The notes under the pieces were generated by a model. That model did not search any database. It worked only from the letters and a program-made list of their open reading frames with translations, and was not told the DNA's origin. A program made the position numbers and the translations under genes. A DNA stretch of 63,001 bases, counting the filler, from Barthelona sp. PAP020 (taxonomy: Eukaryota): NCBI GenBank assembly GCA_040182905.1. It is 2 parts of 2 records of this genome, joined end to end, with 100 filler letters (N's around TTAATTAATTAA, not from the genome) between each part and the next. Parts side by side here need not be neighbours in the genome. Positions count along the whole stretch, not along the records: positions 1 to 31,434 come from JARQWU010000107.1; 1 more part is not named here. One strand, written 5' to 3'. How positions within the stretch are numbered: the first letter of the stretch is position 1; every line of letters starts with the position of its first letter. Shown piece by piece: positions 10,559 through 22,625 of this stretch.

Positions 10559-11455
10559 TTAAAAACATGCTACAACTTGATAATATTCTTTCATCAAAGC
10601 AGTAATAGATTCGGCATAAACGGTAGCTTTAATTTCTGAATTCTTCATATCATCTTCATCAGTAACACCTGATAACATTAAACAACTATCACACCCGATA
10701 TTTAGGGCAAATAAAATATCGGTATTCAATCTGTCACCAAACATGATAGTTCTTTTTATATCGATATTTTCAGAGCCAATAATTGTATCAAACATAATCT
10801 TTGAAGGTTTACCTCCTAAAATGGGTTCCATACCCATGGCTGCAGTCAGATAATCATTGATTGCTCCTGCTCCAGGCAAAATACCGTGAATCGAAGGAAT
10901 AGCAGGATCTAAATTAGATGCGTAAAATCGTTTGAAATGGGGTGAATTTTTAACTAACGTTGCTAAACATCCATGAGCATAAATAAAAGAAGGTGAATGT
11001 CCACAAACAACGGTTGAAATTCCAATATCACTCATTTCCTTCGCTTCTTTAACAGTTTTTGGTTGGGAATATACTTCAAAACCAGCTTCTTCAAACTCTC
11101 TTACAAATCCTAACTCTCCAATGACAGCAACACGTTTATCAACTGGATCACAATCTTTTGATAATGGATTTATCAATTTAGATAATCTTTGAACAGTAAC
11201 AAACCCTGCAGTCTGAATTTGTTCTCTTTTAACATGAATATTCATTGAATGAAACATTTTAACATAATCATCTCTTGTTTTTGTACTATTATTCGTCACA
11301 AAAATAACATTTTTATTGAATTCTTGCAAAATACTAATAAATTCAGGAACCAAATCGAGTACATGTTGATCTAAATATAAAACACCATCACAATCAAATA
11401 AAAATGCATCATAATTTGCTAATAACTCATTTAGAGTCGTTTTGGTGTGTGTCAT
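10559..11455 (-). CDS. HAD IIA phosphoglycolate/p-nitrophenyl phosphatase
   Basis: FLFDCDGVL, FVTNNS, GKPS, MFGDRLNTDILF, LSGVT. Confidence 0.92.
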   Translation of the reverse strand: MTHTKTTLNELLANYDAFLFDCDGVLYLDQHVLDLVPEFISILQEFNKNVIFVTNNSTKTRDDYVKMFHSMNIHVKREQIQTAGFVTVQRLSKLINPLSKDCDPVDKRVAVIGELGFVREFEEAGFEVYSQPKTVKEAKEMSDIGISTVVCGHSPSFIYAHGCLATLVKNSPHFKRFYASNLDPAIPSIHGILPGAGAINDYLTAAMGMEPILGGKPSKIMFDTIIGSENIDIKRTIMFGDRLNTDILFALNIGCDSCLMLSGVTDEDDMKNSEIKATVYAESITALMKEYYQVVACF

Positions 11456-11765
11456 TTTGTTTAAAACTAATAAAAAAAGAGTTTGTCATAAAATAAATCT
11501 GATTGATTCCATCACTAAACCATTATCACTGCTTCAATCAAAAAGAAAAACTTTGAAAATACATTTAAATGTTCAACGATATCAACTTTTCTCTTTAATG
11601 TTAAATTTATGAACTTGAAATACAAGTTTTAACAAAAACTTCAATATTAATCAAGTTTCCTTACCTCACTCAAAAAACAACAATATCGCTAACAACTATT
11701 TATAAATTATTTGTAAAATTCAAATTTTTTTTTAAAATTTGAACAAAAAAAAAAAGACAAAAATA

Positions 11766-12062
11766 TTATAAAAGTGAACCACCGAAAGGTTTTGGAGAAA
11801 AACTTGTTGGAATACCGAATTGCATCAAGAAGGATCCCATGACATGTTCATCAAACTCTTTTTCGATTCTTTCTAACATTTTTTCTTTCATTTCCTCCAA
11901 TTCAACCATCATCAAAGCTCTTTGTTCATCGGTCAATATAGGTGGTGCACCAACAGCATCCCATTCTTGTCTTGGTAAAGGTGCAACAGGTCTAACATTT
12001 GCTCTTGATGGATTTTTCCATTCATGAAGTGTTTCAACACGTTTTTTACGGTTTAATGCCAA
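11766..12062 (-). other. In-frame 98-codon continuation directly behind the mucolipin TAA (readthrough extension, nonsense allele or consensus error)
   Basis: Same frame, no gap after stop at 12063-12065; begins TTG, no early ATG; coding-like composition and coiled-coil ELEEMKEKMLERIEKEF. Confidence 0.55.
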
Positions 12063-13814
12063 TTATTTCAAAACTTTTAATCTTCTCAATTGTTCAACTT
12101 GATCTTGTTCATGATCTCTAATTTCATTGATTAAATTGTCAATCTCTTCAAAAGTATTCCTTTCTACATCATTTTTATCAGCTAAATCGTGAATTAATTC
12201 ATTTTGAGCATCATTTTGGAAATCTTCAGGTTCAATTTCTAATTCTTCAGTTGCTTCACAAAATGCTTCTTCCATAATCATAATAAAAATTTGAAGTGTG
12301 GCCCAAACAAAAATAATAACATATGAATAAAGATATGCTCTTGCTGGAAAAACACCTGCTTGATTAATAGCTGTAAACGTGGCTAACATATCATCTCCAT
12401 TCAAAACACAAAATTGTGTGATTAAACTTTGGCCAATATCTTCAAATCTGGGTGCAACAGGTGAAAATGCAGCCGTAGCAAACAAAGCATATCCATAAAA
12501 TAATGGCATTGAACCAACCAAAAATTTTGTCATAGTTGGTAATCCTTTTGTTATTGAAAGGACTAAGTAAGAAAGTGAAGGGTAAAACCTGAAATATTGT
12601 AAAAAGGAACATGCAATGAAGAAGGATCCAGACCCTAAAAGGAATAATCGAAACATAAAATGAGTGTAAAACAATGTAGAAGCAAAAAAGAAACTTAGCT
12701 GAGCAACTAACTCAGTAATAGCGAACCATAATAAACAAGTAGCTCCCAAAAGATCAAAAATTGTCCAAACATCAACAATTTTAAAATTATCAGAATAAGC
12801 CAATTTTGCTACATGCATAAAATCAAAAGGATCCACACTATCAGTGGAATCTGTGTCTAACTCAACATCAGTGTCAGGATTAAAAGCTAATAATGGCATC
12901 TCATTTATAGTATCACTTTCGTCATCAGATAAACCATGTGCAATTATTCCTCTATTCGACGTTTTATAATATATACGTAATCGTTTCAAAATATATCTCA
13001 TAATTGCTATCAACCACAGAAAGCTTAACAGTATCATCAAACCAGATAACCCAATTGTCCAAGACATTAACTCAAAAAAGCTTCGATCATCTTGGGGTGT
13101 CAATTTGTTTTCAGCAAGAATCACAGCAGAAAAAATACCTGTGTGTAAACGAGACCTAAATTTAAACTTAACACTCCATTCAACTTTAATACGGTCATAA
13201 TTTCGATAGCCAAAGTCAGGCTCATTATGAAAATGGTTGAACTTGAACTCAATGTCCATGTGATCAAATAGAGCAAAATAATCATGGTCGTCTTGGGCTT
13301 GTCTTAACCAATCACCAATAAAATCGTTTTCATTCAATTGATAAGAAGTGGTGTTCGTCTCTAAATCAGCAAAATAATGAACCCCACTTTCGGAATAAAT
13401 ATTCATACTTTTATATTGGGATATGGTAAGTACAGGTTGTAATATTTCATTAGTAGTTGGATCTCTAATAAATTGATAATTTTCAGCAGTTTCAGATTCC
13501 AACAAATAGTATTGTTCCACAACGTGAGATGTGAAATTAATCAACGTATCAACATCCATCAATTCAATTGCACGATCTCGATTTGACGGTTCAAATATAT
13601 CTTCAATATATTCATCCCCAATAAAAAAATCTCGAAAAGTCGCAGCATTCTTTCCTAAAAAAACATTATCATATGTACCAGGTATCGCAATATATAAAGA
13701 TGTACATATTATAATGGCAATATGAAGACAAAATTTCCACGGAATTATGTGATGCTTAAAAATTTTGTCAATGGGGGAAGTAGTTAATTCCTCATATGCC
13801 GAAAGTCCAACCAT
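12063..13814 (-). CDS. MCOLN: Mucolipin (TRPML) cation channel
   Basis: IPWKFCLHI before TM1, large luminal loop, pore motif FCVLNGDDMLATF, YLYSYV in TM6. Confidence 0.9.
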   Translation of the reverse strand: MVGLSAYEELTTSPIDKIFKHHIIPWKFCLHIAIIICTSLYIAIPGTYDNVFLGKNAATFRDFFIGDEYIEDIFEPSNRDRAIELMDVDTLINFTSHVVEQYYLLESETAENYQFIRDPTTNEILQPVLTISQYKSMNIYSESGVHYFADLETNTTSYQLNENDFIGDWLRQAQDDHDYFALFDHMDIEFKFNHFHNEPDFGYRNYDRIKVEWSVKFKFRSRLHTGIFSAVILAENKLTPQDDRSFFELMSWTIGLSGLMILLSFLWLIAIMRYILKRLRIYYKTSNRGIIAHGLSDDESDTINEMPLLAFNPDTDVELDTDSTDSVDPFDFMHVAKLAYSDNFKIVDVWTIFDLLGATCLLWFAITELVAQLSFFFASTLFYTHFMFRLFLLGSGSFFIACSFLQYFRFYPSLSYLVLSITKGLPTMTKFLVGSMPLFYGYALFATAAFSPVAPRFEDIGQSLITQFCVLNGDDMLATFTAINQAGVFPARAYLYSYVIIFVWATLQIFIMIMEEAFCEATEELEIEPEDFQNDAQNELIHDLADKNDVERNTFEEIDNLINEIRDHEQDQVEQLRRLKVLK

Positions 13815-13942
13815 AAAAAAACAATTACATCAGGGGATTTTGAAATGGAAAAAGCAATGAACAAAGTTTGAAAAAAATTTCACCAAAAAATTTTATCATT
13901 TTCCTTTCATATTCATTCGTTGTTGTTTAGCTAGGTTTCGTT

Positions 13943-14543
13943 ATGCGTGCTATTTTATCCTCTCAAACCGTTGAGATTCCTGAGAATGGTATCAATTTTT
14001 ATTCATTTGAATGCTCTAATATTGTTAGTTACTATCGAAGTTAAGAACCGTGTTGTTCGTGTCACTGGACCCCGTGGTGTTTTAGTTCGTGATTTTAAGC
14101 ATGTTAATGCTCAATTTACCATTAAGAATGCCGGTAGAACTTTTGAAGTTGCCATGTTCAATGCTTGTCGTAAGCGTGTTGCTGCATTACGTGCCATCCG
14201 TTCTCATATTTTAAATATGATTACTGGTGTTACCAAAGGATATCGTTACACTGTTGTCGAAATTCATCGTTTGTTCCCTATGACTATTGCTCCTGCTGAT
14301 AACGGAAAGTCTCTTCATATTCAAAATTTTATGCATAATCTTAACACTATTAAGATTGCCATGCCCGAAGGTGTTGTTTGTGTTGCTGGTGAAAAGAGTT
14401 ATGTTCACATTGAAGGTAATGATCTTCAATTAGTTTCTGAAACCGCACACAGATGCAACATGGCTACCAAGGTCCGTGATAAAGATATGCGTAAGTTCTT
14501 GGATGGTGTTTATGTTTCTTCTGTTGGACACATTGATAACTAA
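13943..14543 (+). CDS. RPL9: 60S ribosomal protein L9 (uL6); exons 13943-13988 and 14029-14543
   Basis: Spliced start [45 protein letters not shown]. Confidence 0.95.
13989..14028 (+). other. 40-nt spliceosomal intron in RPL9
   Basis: GTATCA...CTCTAATATTGTTAG; removal joins the conserved N-terminus in frame. Confidence 0.9.
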
Positions 14544-14729
14544 ACGAATACCCTTGGCCTTTGCTAACAATAAACAAGCGTAAAGAATCTTTTATGATTT
14601 TTATTTTTTTATTTAAAATAACAAAAATGCTTTGGTTGTTGTGGTTTCTGGTCACAATTTTATGCTTCATTCTTGACTTCCTCTTCAAAAACATTCTGTA
14701 AAAAATAGTTTTGTGATTGTTTTTTTTTC

Positions 14730-16530
14730 ATGCAAATTAGAGAAACAAAGTCGAAAAATGTTCAAAGATTTGATGAATTATTCGAACAAAGCGAAAAATT
14801 GAAACGATTAGTCTCAATAAGTGAGGGTATTTTGAAAAATAAAAACAACAAATCTTTTACCATTAAAAATGCCATAGATATGGGTGCTACAACATCTTAT
14901 CGATTGAGTGCTCCTTCAGGATGGGCTATACCATTTACAAATGAAAGCTTAGGTGTTTCTTGGAAAAGTATGGTTAGTCTGCCAAATTTGCCAAATGAGA
15001 TTTATTATCCTGATGCTAAAATCATTAGTGCTTATTCTTTAACATCAAACAATGAAGCCGCTTCCAAATTTGAAAAATTAAATGAAGAAATGAAAAATTT
15101 GTCTTTTAAAACTGAAGTTGCAAAGGAAAGTTCAAAACTTTCAAATTTTTCTTGTATCTTTGATCATTTAAAGAAAAATAAAAAAGATGAATCCAGTTCC
15201 ACAATGAATGAGGTTGAATCACCATCTGATATTGACGATTTTGACGAAAAAGATAAACATATTGCTGGGACTGGGAGTGAAACTAAACAGTTACATTCTC
15301 CCACACCTCCTAGTGTTGATGAACCTCGAGCCACACCAAAACCACCTGCTGGTATTTTCAAATCTACAACTCCAAAACCTCCATCTTTTGGAACTAGGCC
15401 AGGAATATCTACAGATATATCTTCTTTCTCAACAGATATTTTGAGAAATATTGAAACTCCTAAAACAAGACAATTATCCAAAAGAGAACTATCAACACCA
15501 CTGATAAATGGACCAGGACCAGTTACGGCTATTGGTGTTGAGACTCCTTTAGTTCCACCACCTCAACAAATTCAAATAGGATTTCCTAATGTGGGTACTC
15601 GTGTAAGTTCTGAAAACCTTATTCAAGTTGGGGAACACGTTAAAAGAGAACCAAGTTTTTCATTTGCTCCAAAAGCTGCAACAATTCAGCTAAATAAAAC
15701 AATAGATAATCCTCCAACGTCCTCATCAAATGCTGGATTTTCAACATCTGGTTTGCCAAATATCAATTTAATGGCATCTGGTTTATCTGGAAAAAATATG
15801 CCAACTGCGCCTGTAAGACATAATTTGTCAATGTTGAATCCCTCTCAAGTTAGTTCAGAAAGCATGTCTTATCCGACTTTTACCAACACTCAGAACAACT
15901 TTGGTCAATGGAAAAATGCAACTTCGCCTCAAAATATTCAAAATATTCCAAGTAAACAACAAAGTGCATCCCCCTATAATGTTTCCCCTCCTTCTCAAAC
16001 AACCACAGGGGGTATTTCAATTCCCATGTATAATGCCAGTTCAATAAGTCCACATGCAGTTAGTCCACATGCAATCAGTCCTTCTGCTCTAAATACTGGG
16101 CAACCATCACAAATTCCCGTTCAAACAAGACAAATTGGCATGCCACATCAAATTTCCATTTCTAATAAACCACAAATGCATATGGGAGGGATAAATCAAA
16201 TGATGCATACACCACAAACAGATATGAGATCGGGAATGATTTCGAATGTTGGAAATCCTCTCCAATTTCAACAAATACCAAGAAATGCATACCCGCCTCA
16301 AAATCAAAGGCAAATGTATGGCATGCCTCAACAAAAAATTATGACTATGCAACAACCAATGCAAAACCCAATGCCTAATTATGGTCAAAGGTTTCAACAA
16401 CCAAATATTTCAGCACAACATGCGATTCCTCGAATGCCAAACCAAATGTTGGTAAACATTCCTCAACAAAGAACCAATTATACGCTTCCACAGAATATTT
16501 ATCAACAACAACAACAGCAACAACAACAGC

Positions 16531-16574
<44 letters not shown>

Positions 16575-16727
16575 ATGTCTCGTATGATGGGTTCATCTGG
16601 CTTATACAATCAATACAATCAATTTGCTGCGCAACAACAACAACATCATCAACAACAACAAATTGGATTCCCAAATAATGCATATCAAATGGGAAGATTT
16701 TCATTACCGCAAAATATAAACAAATAA
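14730..16727 (+). CDS. P/Q-rich low-complexity protein with possible Mediator Med4-like N-terminus
   Basis: TSYRLSAPSGW...YYPD resembles the Med4 S..SAP..W.P..YP region (weak); long Q/P/M-rich C-terminus. Confidence 0.6.
16503..16574 (+). repeat. (CAA/CAG)24 coding microsatellite, polyQ
   Basis: 24 consecutive Gln codons, mostly CAA. Confidence 0.95.
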
Positions 16728-16878
16728 ACGAGAAATTAGAATTTATTGTTAGAAACATATGTGTAATTATTCTTTATTCAGATAACACATTGCCAAATAT
16801 TCAAAAAAAAAAAAAAAAAAAAAAACTCGTTGTGCCAACTTAAAAAATAACTCTATTTACGATATTTTATTCAATAAA

Positions 16879-19374
16879 TCAATTTTCAACGTTATCAGTA
16901 TTCTGTTTTGATGTCGGTTTTATGTTATGTTCAATGGCATGTTGTTCTTCAGCATTTTTGATAATAGCCAAGAATACATCTTCCAATGTAGTCATGGAAA
17001 TGGCAATGTTAGCAATTCCCAAATCATTTTGAGCTGTGTTCAACATATCAAAATAGTGAGGAATACGATTTGTTGTTTCAGAGTCAATAAAAACAGTGCA
17101 AGATTCTCCGTTCACTTCAATATCAACAACACCATCTTCATTTTTGAAAAAATTCTTAACTTTTTCAGCAGATTCTGAAGCTTTTAAACTCATTTGGATA
17201 CGATATCCTTGAGCAAATTTATTCTTTAAATGTAACACACTACCAATGCATTTGATCTTTCCAAAAGCCATAATAATGATCTTATCAGCCAAACCTTCAG
17301 CTTCTTCCATTGAATGAGTAGTCATGACAACACTTCTATTTTCACGACATGAAGAAATAATGTCCCAAACAGATTTAGCAGTAACAGGATCCAAACCGGT
17401 AGTTGGCTCATCATAAATTAAAACTTTGGGGTCTCCAACTAACGCCAAAGCAATACTGATACGTCTTTGCATACCACCAGATAAATTTCCGATGAGCTTA
17501 TCACGATCTTCATCCCATAAATTTACTTCTGTTAATCTAGTTTTAACATGTGCATCTATTTCTGAGGGTTTCATCAATCTTAAAGCACACCACATCTTCA
17601 AATGCTCAACACAAGTCAATTCTTCGTATAAAATATCATGTTGAGGACACAGTCCAACATTTAATCGCACTTTATCCATATCTGTAGAAATGGACTTACC
17701 ATCAATGAAAGCTTCTCCTTCAGTTTGAGTAAAATTGCCAACAAGCATATTGATAGTACTAGATTTGCCACAACCATTAGGTCCCAATAAACAGGTCAAT
17801 TCGTTGTTAGGAATATGATAACTAACGTTGTTTGCAGCAAAATAATAACCATCATAAGATTTTGAAAGTCCTTTTAAGATAATACCACTGTTTTCAACAG
17901 GTTCAAGCTCAAAACACTTCGTTGCTTCTTCGAAAACATCAGAATCAACATCATCTTTTTGTAGCTTATTTTCTGATTCAATTTTTCTCTTGGAACCAAA
18001 CCAAAAAGAAGGTTTAAGGAAGAAAAAGGGACTAGATTGAGAAATTGATCCTCCTCCAGTCATATGTTCGGCATACCAAGCAATTATAATGTAAAGAACT
18101 GCATTCCTCATCATTATCCATAAAAGATCAGAAATAGGCCATTTACCACCAACTAATGTCAAATCATTCAGTGCATCAAACGTTAATCCTCTAACAGCAG
18201 AGCCTTCAACTGAAGCTGTAGACATATAATTGATAATACGTGAAAAAATTACCGGTGAGAAAAACGTGCACAAATACACCCAAATTCCATCATCTTGTGC
18301 GAAAACAACCGTTGCAAAAATATGCCCAATAAACATGACAATGAAAAAGGCAAATCCAGCAATAGCTGTTGATGCAACAGATGGTAAAAATGATATAAAA
18401 ATGCAAACTAAACCAATCAATGAAAAAACATAAATAACCAAAACGAACAATAAGAACAAAGGATTGGTATAAATGTACATCTCAACTTGAAGCAACTTTC
18501 CTGCTAAAAGCAATGCAATACCACCAAATAACAATTGTAAAAAGGGAACAAAATACATTGAAGACCAATAACCAAGAGTATTTAAACCAATGCTCTTCAT
18601 TGAAGCAAGAATTTTTCTTTCTTTATCAGAAACCAAATTTGCTGCAATAACTGTCATCAAGATTAATAGGGCAGCATTTGAAAGCATAGGAGTAGTAGAA
18701 GCAAAAATGCTGGCACCACTTAATGTGGGATGTGCAAAAATTCTGCGAAGATTTGATATTTTAGCGGATGATTTTCCTGAAATTTTGAGAATAGCTTCAT
18801 CAACAGCCAAATACACAGGGTGATACCAATCTCTGCTTAACCACAAATCACACAAAGTATCAGTGGCAGAACATGAAAAAACTGAATGATTAGCATAGAC
18901 TGTATAATTGAGTTTAACTAAAGTTGCAAGATTGACGGCAGAAGCTGCATCAATAAAACCAACACCTCCTAACGTAGTATTTTTAGTTGTATTGGCAAAA
19001 AGTACCATCGCTTCAGTGGTAGGAAAACCAATCAATTCACTGGAAGGAATACCATTGGTTTCAGCAACTTTTTCCATAATAGAAGTAATTAATGAAGTAT
19101 TTGGAGCATATGCCAGTGTGTAGCATTTGGATAATCCTCTACCAACAACACAACGTGGAAAAGATGAACTGGGTTCGGATGAAGGAGTTGGAGTGTTTTC
19201 ATAACTTACAGGAAGTTGACTTTCAACATAGGATTGTGACCAACTGAGTAAAAATAAGAAAAAGAATGGTACAATAACCAAAGCTAATGTTGATTTAAGA
19301 TTTCTTCTCACACCAACCCCATTTTTGTATGAAAGCGCTTTAAAATGTCTCCATGCAGAATAAAAATATCCCAT
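16879..19374 (-). CDS. ABCA-family half transporter
   Basis: TM domain with large first loop; GPNGCGKS, VGLCPQHDILY, LSGGMQRR, DEPTTGLDP, TTHSMEEAE, TTLEDVF. Confidence 0.95.
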   Translation of the reverse strand: MGYFYSAWRHFKALSYKNGVGVRRNLKSTLALVIVPFFFLFLLSWSQSYVESQLPVSYENTPTPSSEPSSSFPRCVVGRGLSKCYTLAYAPNTSLITSIMEKVAETNGIPSSELIGFPTTEAMVLFANTTKNTTLGGVGFIDAASAVNLATLVKLNYTVYANHSVFSCSATDTLCDLWLSRDWYHPVYLAVDEAILKISGKSSAKISNLRRIFAHPTLSGASIFASTTPMLSNAALLILMTVIAANLVSDKERKILASMKSIGLNTLGYWSSMYFVPFLQLLFGGIALLLAGKLLQVEMYIYTNPLFLLFVLVIYVFSLIGLVCIFISFLPSVASTAIAGFAFFIVMFIGHIFATVVFAQDDGIWVYLCTFFSPVIFSRIINYMSTASVEGSAVRGLTFDALNDLTLVGGKWPISDLLWIMMRNAVLYIIIAWYAEHMTGGGSISQSSPFFFLKPSFWFGSKRKIESENKLQKDDVDSDVFEEATKCFELEPVENSGIILKGLSKSYDGYYFAANNVSYHIPNNELTCLLGPNGCGKSSTINMLVGNFTQTEGEAFIDGKSISTDMDKVRLNVGLCPQHDILYEELTCVEHLKMWCALRLMKPSEIDAHVKTRLTEVNLWDEDRDKLIGNLSGGMQRRISIALALVGDPKVLIYDEPTTGLDPVTAKSVWDIISSCRENRSVVMTTHSMEEAEGLADKIIIMAFGKIKCIGSVLHLKNKFAQGYRIQMSLKASESAEKVKNFFKNEDGVVDIEVNGESCTVFIDSETTNRIPHYFDMLNTAQNDLGIANIAISMTTLEDVFLAIIKNAEEQHAIEHNIKPTSKQNTDNVEN

Positions 19375-19721
19375 TGATAATCTGAAGGACACAAAAGATG
19401 TATAAAAAAGATCTAAAAGGGTTTAAAAAATGAGAGGGGAAACACCGTTTTTCTATCCCCCGTTACCTTTTCCCAAAAATATGTTCAAATTTTATTATTC
19501 ATAAAGACAATAAAACGATTTAATATATGATTCATTTTGGGAGAAGCTTTATATTTTGTTTAAAAATAGATTGGTGATTGTTTTCAGTTTCACTTTTTAA
19601 TAGACAGAAAATCTACTTATCAAGAAACAGAATAAACTTATGAATATTTAAACAAATAATAAATCTAACTCAAAAAAATTTATGATGTACATTTTTAACC
19701 ATTTGAATCTGATAAAAATTG

Positions 19722-21110
19722 CTATGCCTGAAACATTGACATTCTTCTGGGCCTATTTTGAACCATCCAATCAACAGTTGGTTCATCAATATCGTTTTCG
19801 GTTAAATTTAATCTTGACAAGGCTGGATGAGTGGAAACATTTCTAAATAATTCCTTTGCTTCAGAAGAAACAATTTCGTTCTCACTCAAATCCATGCTGA
19901 ATAAACTTTTCCACTTTTCAAGACTATTAGCCAATTCAACTATGCCATCACTAGAAAGACTAACATGAGACAATTCTAAAATTCTCAATCTATCACTATT
20001 TCTTAAGGCCAAAGCCAACAATCTAACACCTTCTGAAGTCAAAGGATTATGAGAAAATTTTACTTCATTCAAATGAATGAGACCTTTAATAGCATCAGTT
20101 AGCACTTCAATTCCTTGAGGTTCCAAAATATTATGAGAAAAATCAATCTTCTCCAAATTTGGTTGGCGCTGAATCAATTTCGCGAGATATTGAAGAGAAT
20201 TATTTCCAATATCATTGTAACTGAGGGTTAACTCTGTGAGACAAGGACAACGAATAAGTGCTTCGGACAAGAAAAACAATCCAGTCGGACCAAAGTGATT
20301 ATGTGAAAAAGCAAATGTTGTTAGTTCTTGAAATTGAGGCAATACTAAACAAAACAATTCAAATTTTGTGGTATCAAAACGAGAATAATCAAGGTCAATT
20401 CTCCAAGTGCTAAAAGGGAATGGTTTCATTGATATATTCACAAATTCAACAATGGAATCAAATTTACATGGAGGAATAACACTCCATGGTAGTCTTATTT
20501 CCGTCACTTGTCCTGATTCAATAATATCCACCATATCTTTCAATGAATCCAATGTAACATAACAATTTGAAAGGTTAAGTACACCACTTTTAAATAAACG
20601 GATAACATCCAAAGGATTACTGTTTGGCCAACGAAAGTTTTCGGGTATTGGCAAGTCATAACCCAAATGGTGACCTGCATGGATCATATTCGCTTTAGAA
20701 GGAGATTTAGTTAAAAAATTGATAGGTTTGATTGAAGAATCATCCCTAATCCTGGCAGTATTTGGTAAAATTAATTGCATTTCAATAAACAATGCATCTA
20801 ATTCTTTTTCTATTCTTTCACATGAATCAATAACTAAACCTTTGCCAAAACAACAACAAACAGCTGTTTCATACTGTTCAAAAACTACAGAAACTTCATT
20901 AACCAAACCAAAAACTTTCTCTAAATTTTTCTTATGTCTGGAAATTTCAGTTGGACTAAAATCACTGTTTAATATGATACTTCTATATTCAAATAAAGCA
21001 TGATACAAATGTTTGGATTGTGGTGTTTGAAATTGTTCATGTGTATTTCTATATTGCTCAGTTATTTGTTTCAAACTCTGTTCAACATTTTTGACTAAAG
21101 ATTCAGCCAT
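19722..21110 (-). CDS. RNI-like leucine-rich repeat protein
   Basis: ~28-aa repeats LTELTLSYNDIG, LEKIDFSHNIL, LSRLNLTENDI. Confidence 0.85.
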   Translation of the reverse strand: MAESLVKNVEQSLKQITEQYRNTHEQFQTPQSKHLYHALFEYRSIILNSDFSPTEISRHKKNLEKVFGLVNEVSVVFEQYETAVCCCFGKGLVIDSCERIEKELDALFIEMQLILPNTARIRDDSSIKPINFLTKSPSKANMIHAGHHLGYDLPIPENFRWPNSNPLDVIRLFKSGVLNLSNCYVTLDSLKDMVDIIESGQVTEIRLPWSVIPPCKFDSIVEFVNISMKPFPFSTWRIDLDYSRFDTTKFELFCLVLPQFQELTTFAFSHNHFGPTGLFFLSEALIRCPCLTELTLSYNDIGNNSLQYLAKLIQRQPNLEKIDFSHNILEPQGIEVLTDAIKGLIHLNEVKFSHNPLTSEGVRLLALALRNSDRLRILELSHVSLSSDGIVELANSLEKWKSLFSMDLSENEIVSSEAKELFRNVSTHPALSRLNLTENDIDEPTVDWMVQNRPRRMSMFQA

Positions 21111-21395
21111 CACCCAATAACAAAAATTATTTCTTTTTGTCTCTTTTTTTCCAGACGAATTCAATTTTGTTTTTATTCACTTTAATTTCTGATGATACAT
21201 TGGTTGAAAACATCTGTAAAATAACAAAAATATTCCTTTTTTCAAAAAAAAAATGGTTAGTATTGTCTTCTGGTTTGTTTCAACACAGAAAACTTCTGAA
21301 ATAAACATTCAGAATTATTAAATATTTATCAACTGAAAAGAAAATTTTCATGTCAAGAGAGCAGTTTTCAAATCAAGAATTTTTTTTACCACATT

Positions 21396-22262
21396 ATGTT
21401 GTCAAATGATGATTTTCTTCTTCCTTCATCACCCAAGTATAATGATGAACAAGTTTTAAACCGTAGATTTTCTCCATTGAAAACACATTGGTTATTAATT
21501 TTTTTCACGATATTTTTTGCATTGTATGCAATGATTTGTATCATCCCTGATAAAATTATGCCGATAAAAATACATTTTAATGTTAAAGCTGGTACTCATT
21601 CTATTGTATATTTTTTTGGTTTGATAATATTGAATCTTTTAAAAAAGAGAAATTTAAATTTGAAAATAACAGGATTTTTAAAAAGATATGAACATTTGAA
21701 AAAAATTTCTGAAAGTTTTGAAAGTATTTTAACATTTTTTAATAGTTTTATTCTTTTTTTTGTTGGATTTGAAGAAATTTTGTATGAATTTCAACCATTT
21801 AGTGATTATATTAAACGAGAAATATTTTATTCAGTTATTATTATCATTGAGTGTATTTTTTTAATTGTTTTAACTGTTAGATATTGTCTTTCTATTCATC
21901 AATATAATTCTTTGTCACCAAGACCTGATTTAAAAAGTATTGAAGGAAATATGAGTGAAAAAGAAAGTCTTGAGGAAATTTGTTCAAGACAAGCAGACAA
22001 AATTGGGTATCAAAAAGACCACATGAGAAAATTATATGCTCATATTACTGCATTAAGAGCTGAAATAATCGATTTACAAAGAAATTTAGAGTTAGCAAGT
22101 ATTTCATACACAACTGATCCAGCTCAAATGAATAGTCCATTATTCGGTACTGGTTATACCATAAATAACAATATAAGTCATAACGAACAGGAGAATTTAG
22201 TTGGAACACCTGAAAATGTTAGACATTCAAAAAAGCAAAGAATTCTTGATGGATACAAATAA
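21396..22262 (+). CDS. TMEM192-like lysosomal membrane protein
   Basis: FSPLKT, four TM segments, YNSLSPRPD, LEEICSRQADKIGYQKDH coiled coil. Confidence 0.75.
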   Translation: MLSNDDFLLPSSPKYNDEQVLNRRFSPLKTHWLLIFFTIFFALYAMICIIPDKIMPIKIHFNVKAGTHSIVYFFGLIILNLLKKRNLNLKITGFLKRYEHLKKISESFESILTFFNSFILFFVGFEEILYEFQPFSDYIKREIFYSVIIIIECIFLIVLTVRYCLSIHQYNSLSPRPDLKSIEGNMSEKESLEEICSRQADKIGYQKDHMRKLYAHITALRAEIIDLQRNLELASISYTTDPAQMNSPLFGTGYTINNNISHNEQENLVGTPENVRHSKKQRILDGYK

Positions 22263-22625
22263 ACTGTAGCGATGGTGATCAAGGATTATAAAACAGTTGA
22301 ATGCTTTGAGAATTATTATTATTGATAGAGATGACGTTTTTAAATATCATTTTTTTAATTTTTGTTATTTTTTTAACAAATAGAGCGGAAAGTTTCATAA
22401 ATTATTTTTGTTTATATTTTGTGTGTTTTTTCTTGAACAAAAATTAAATAATTTTTTGATAAAAATATGGAAAATATTGACAGAAGATTGGATTAAATTT
22501 GAAACAGTAACAATTAATCTCAATAAATATTAAATTAATGATTTAAATTGAGATGAATTGAAATGATGGGATTTAACATCAAAATAAAATAAATTGATCA
22601 ATAACTTTTTTATTATTATTATTGA

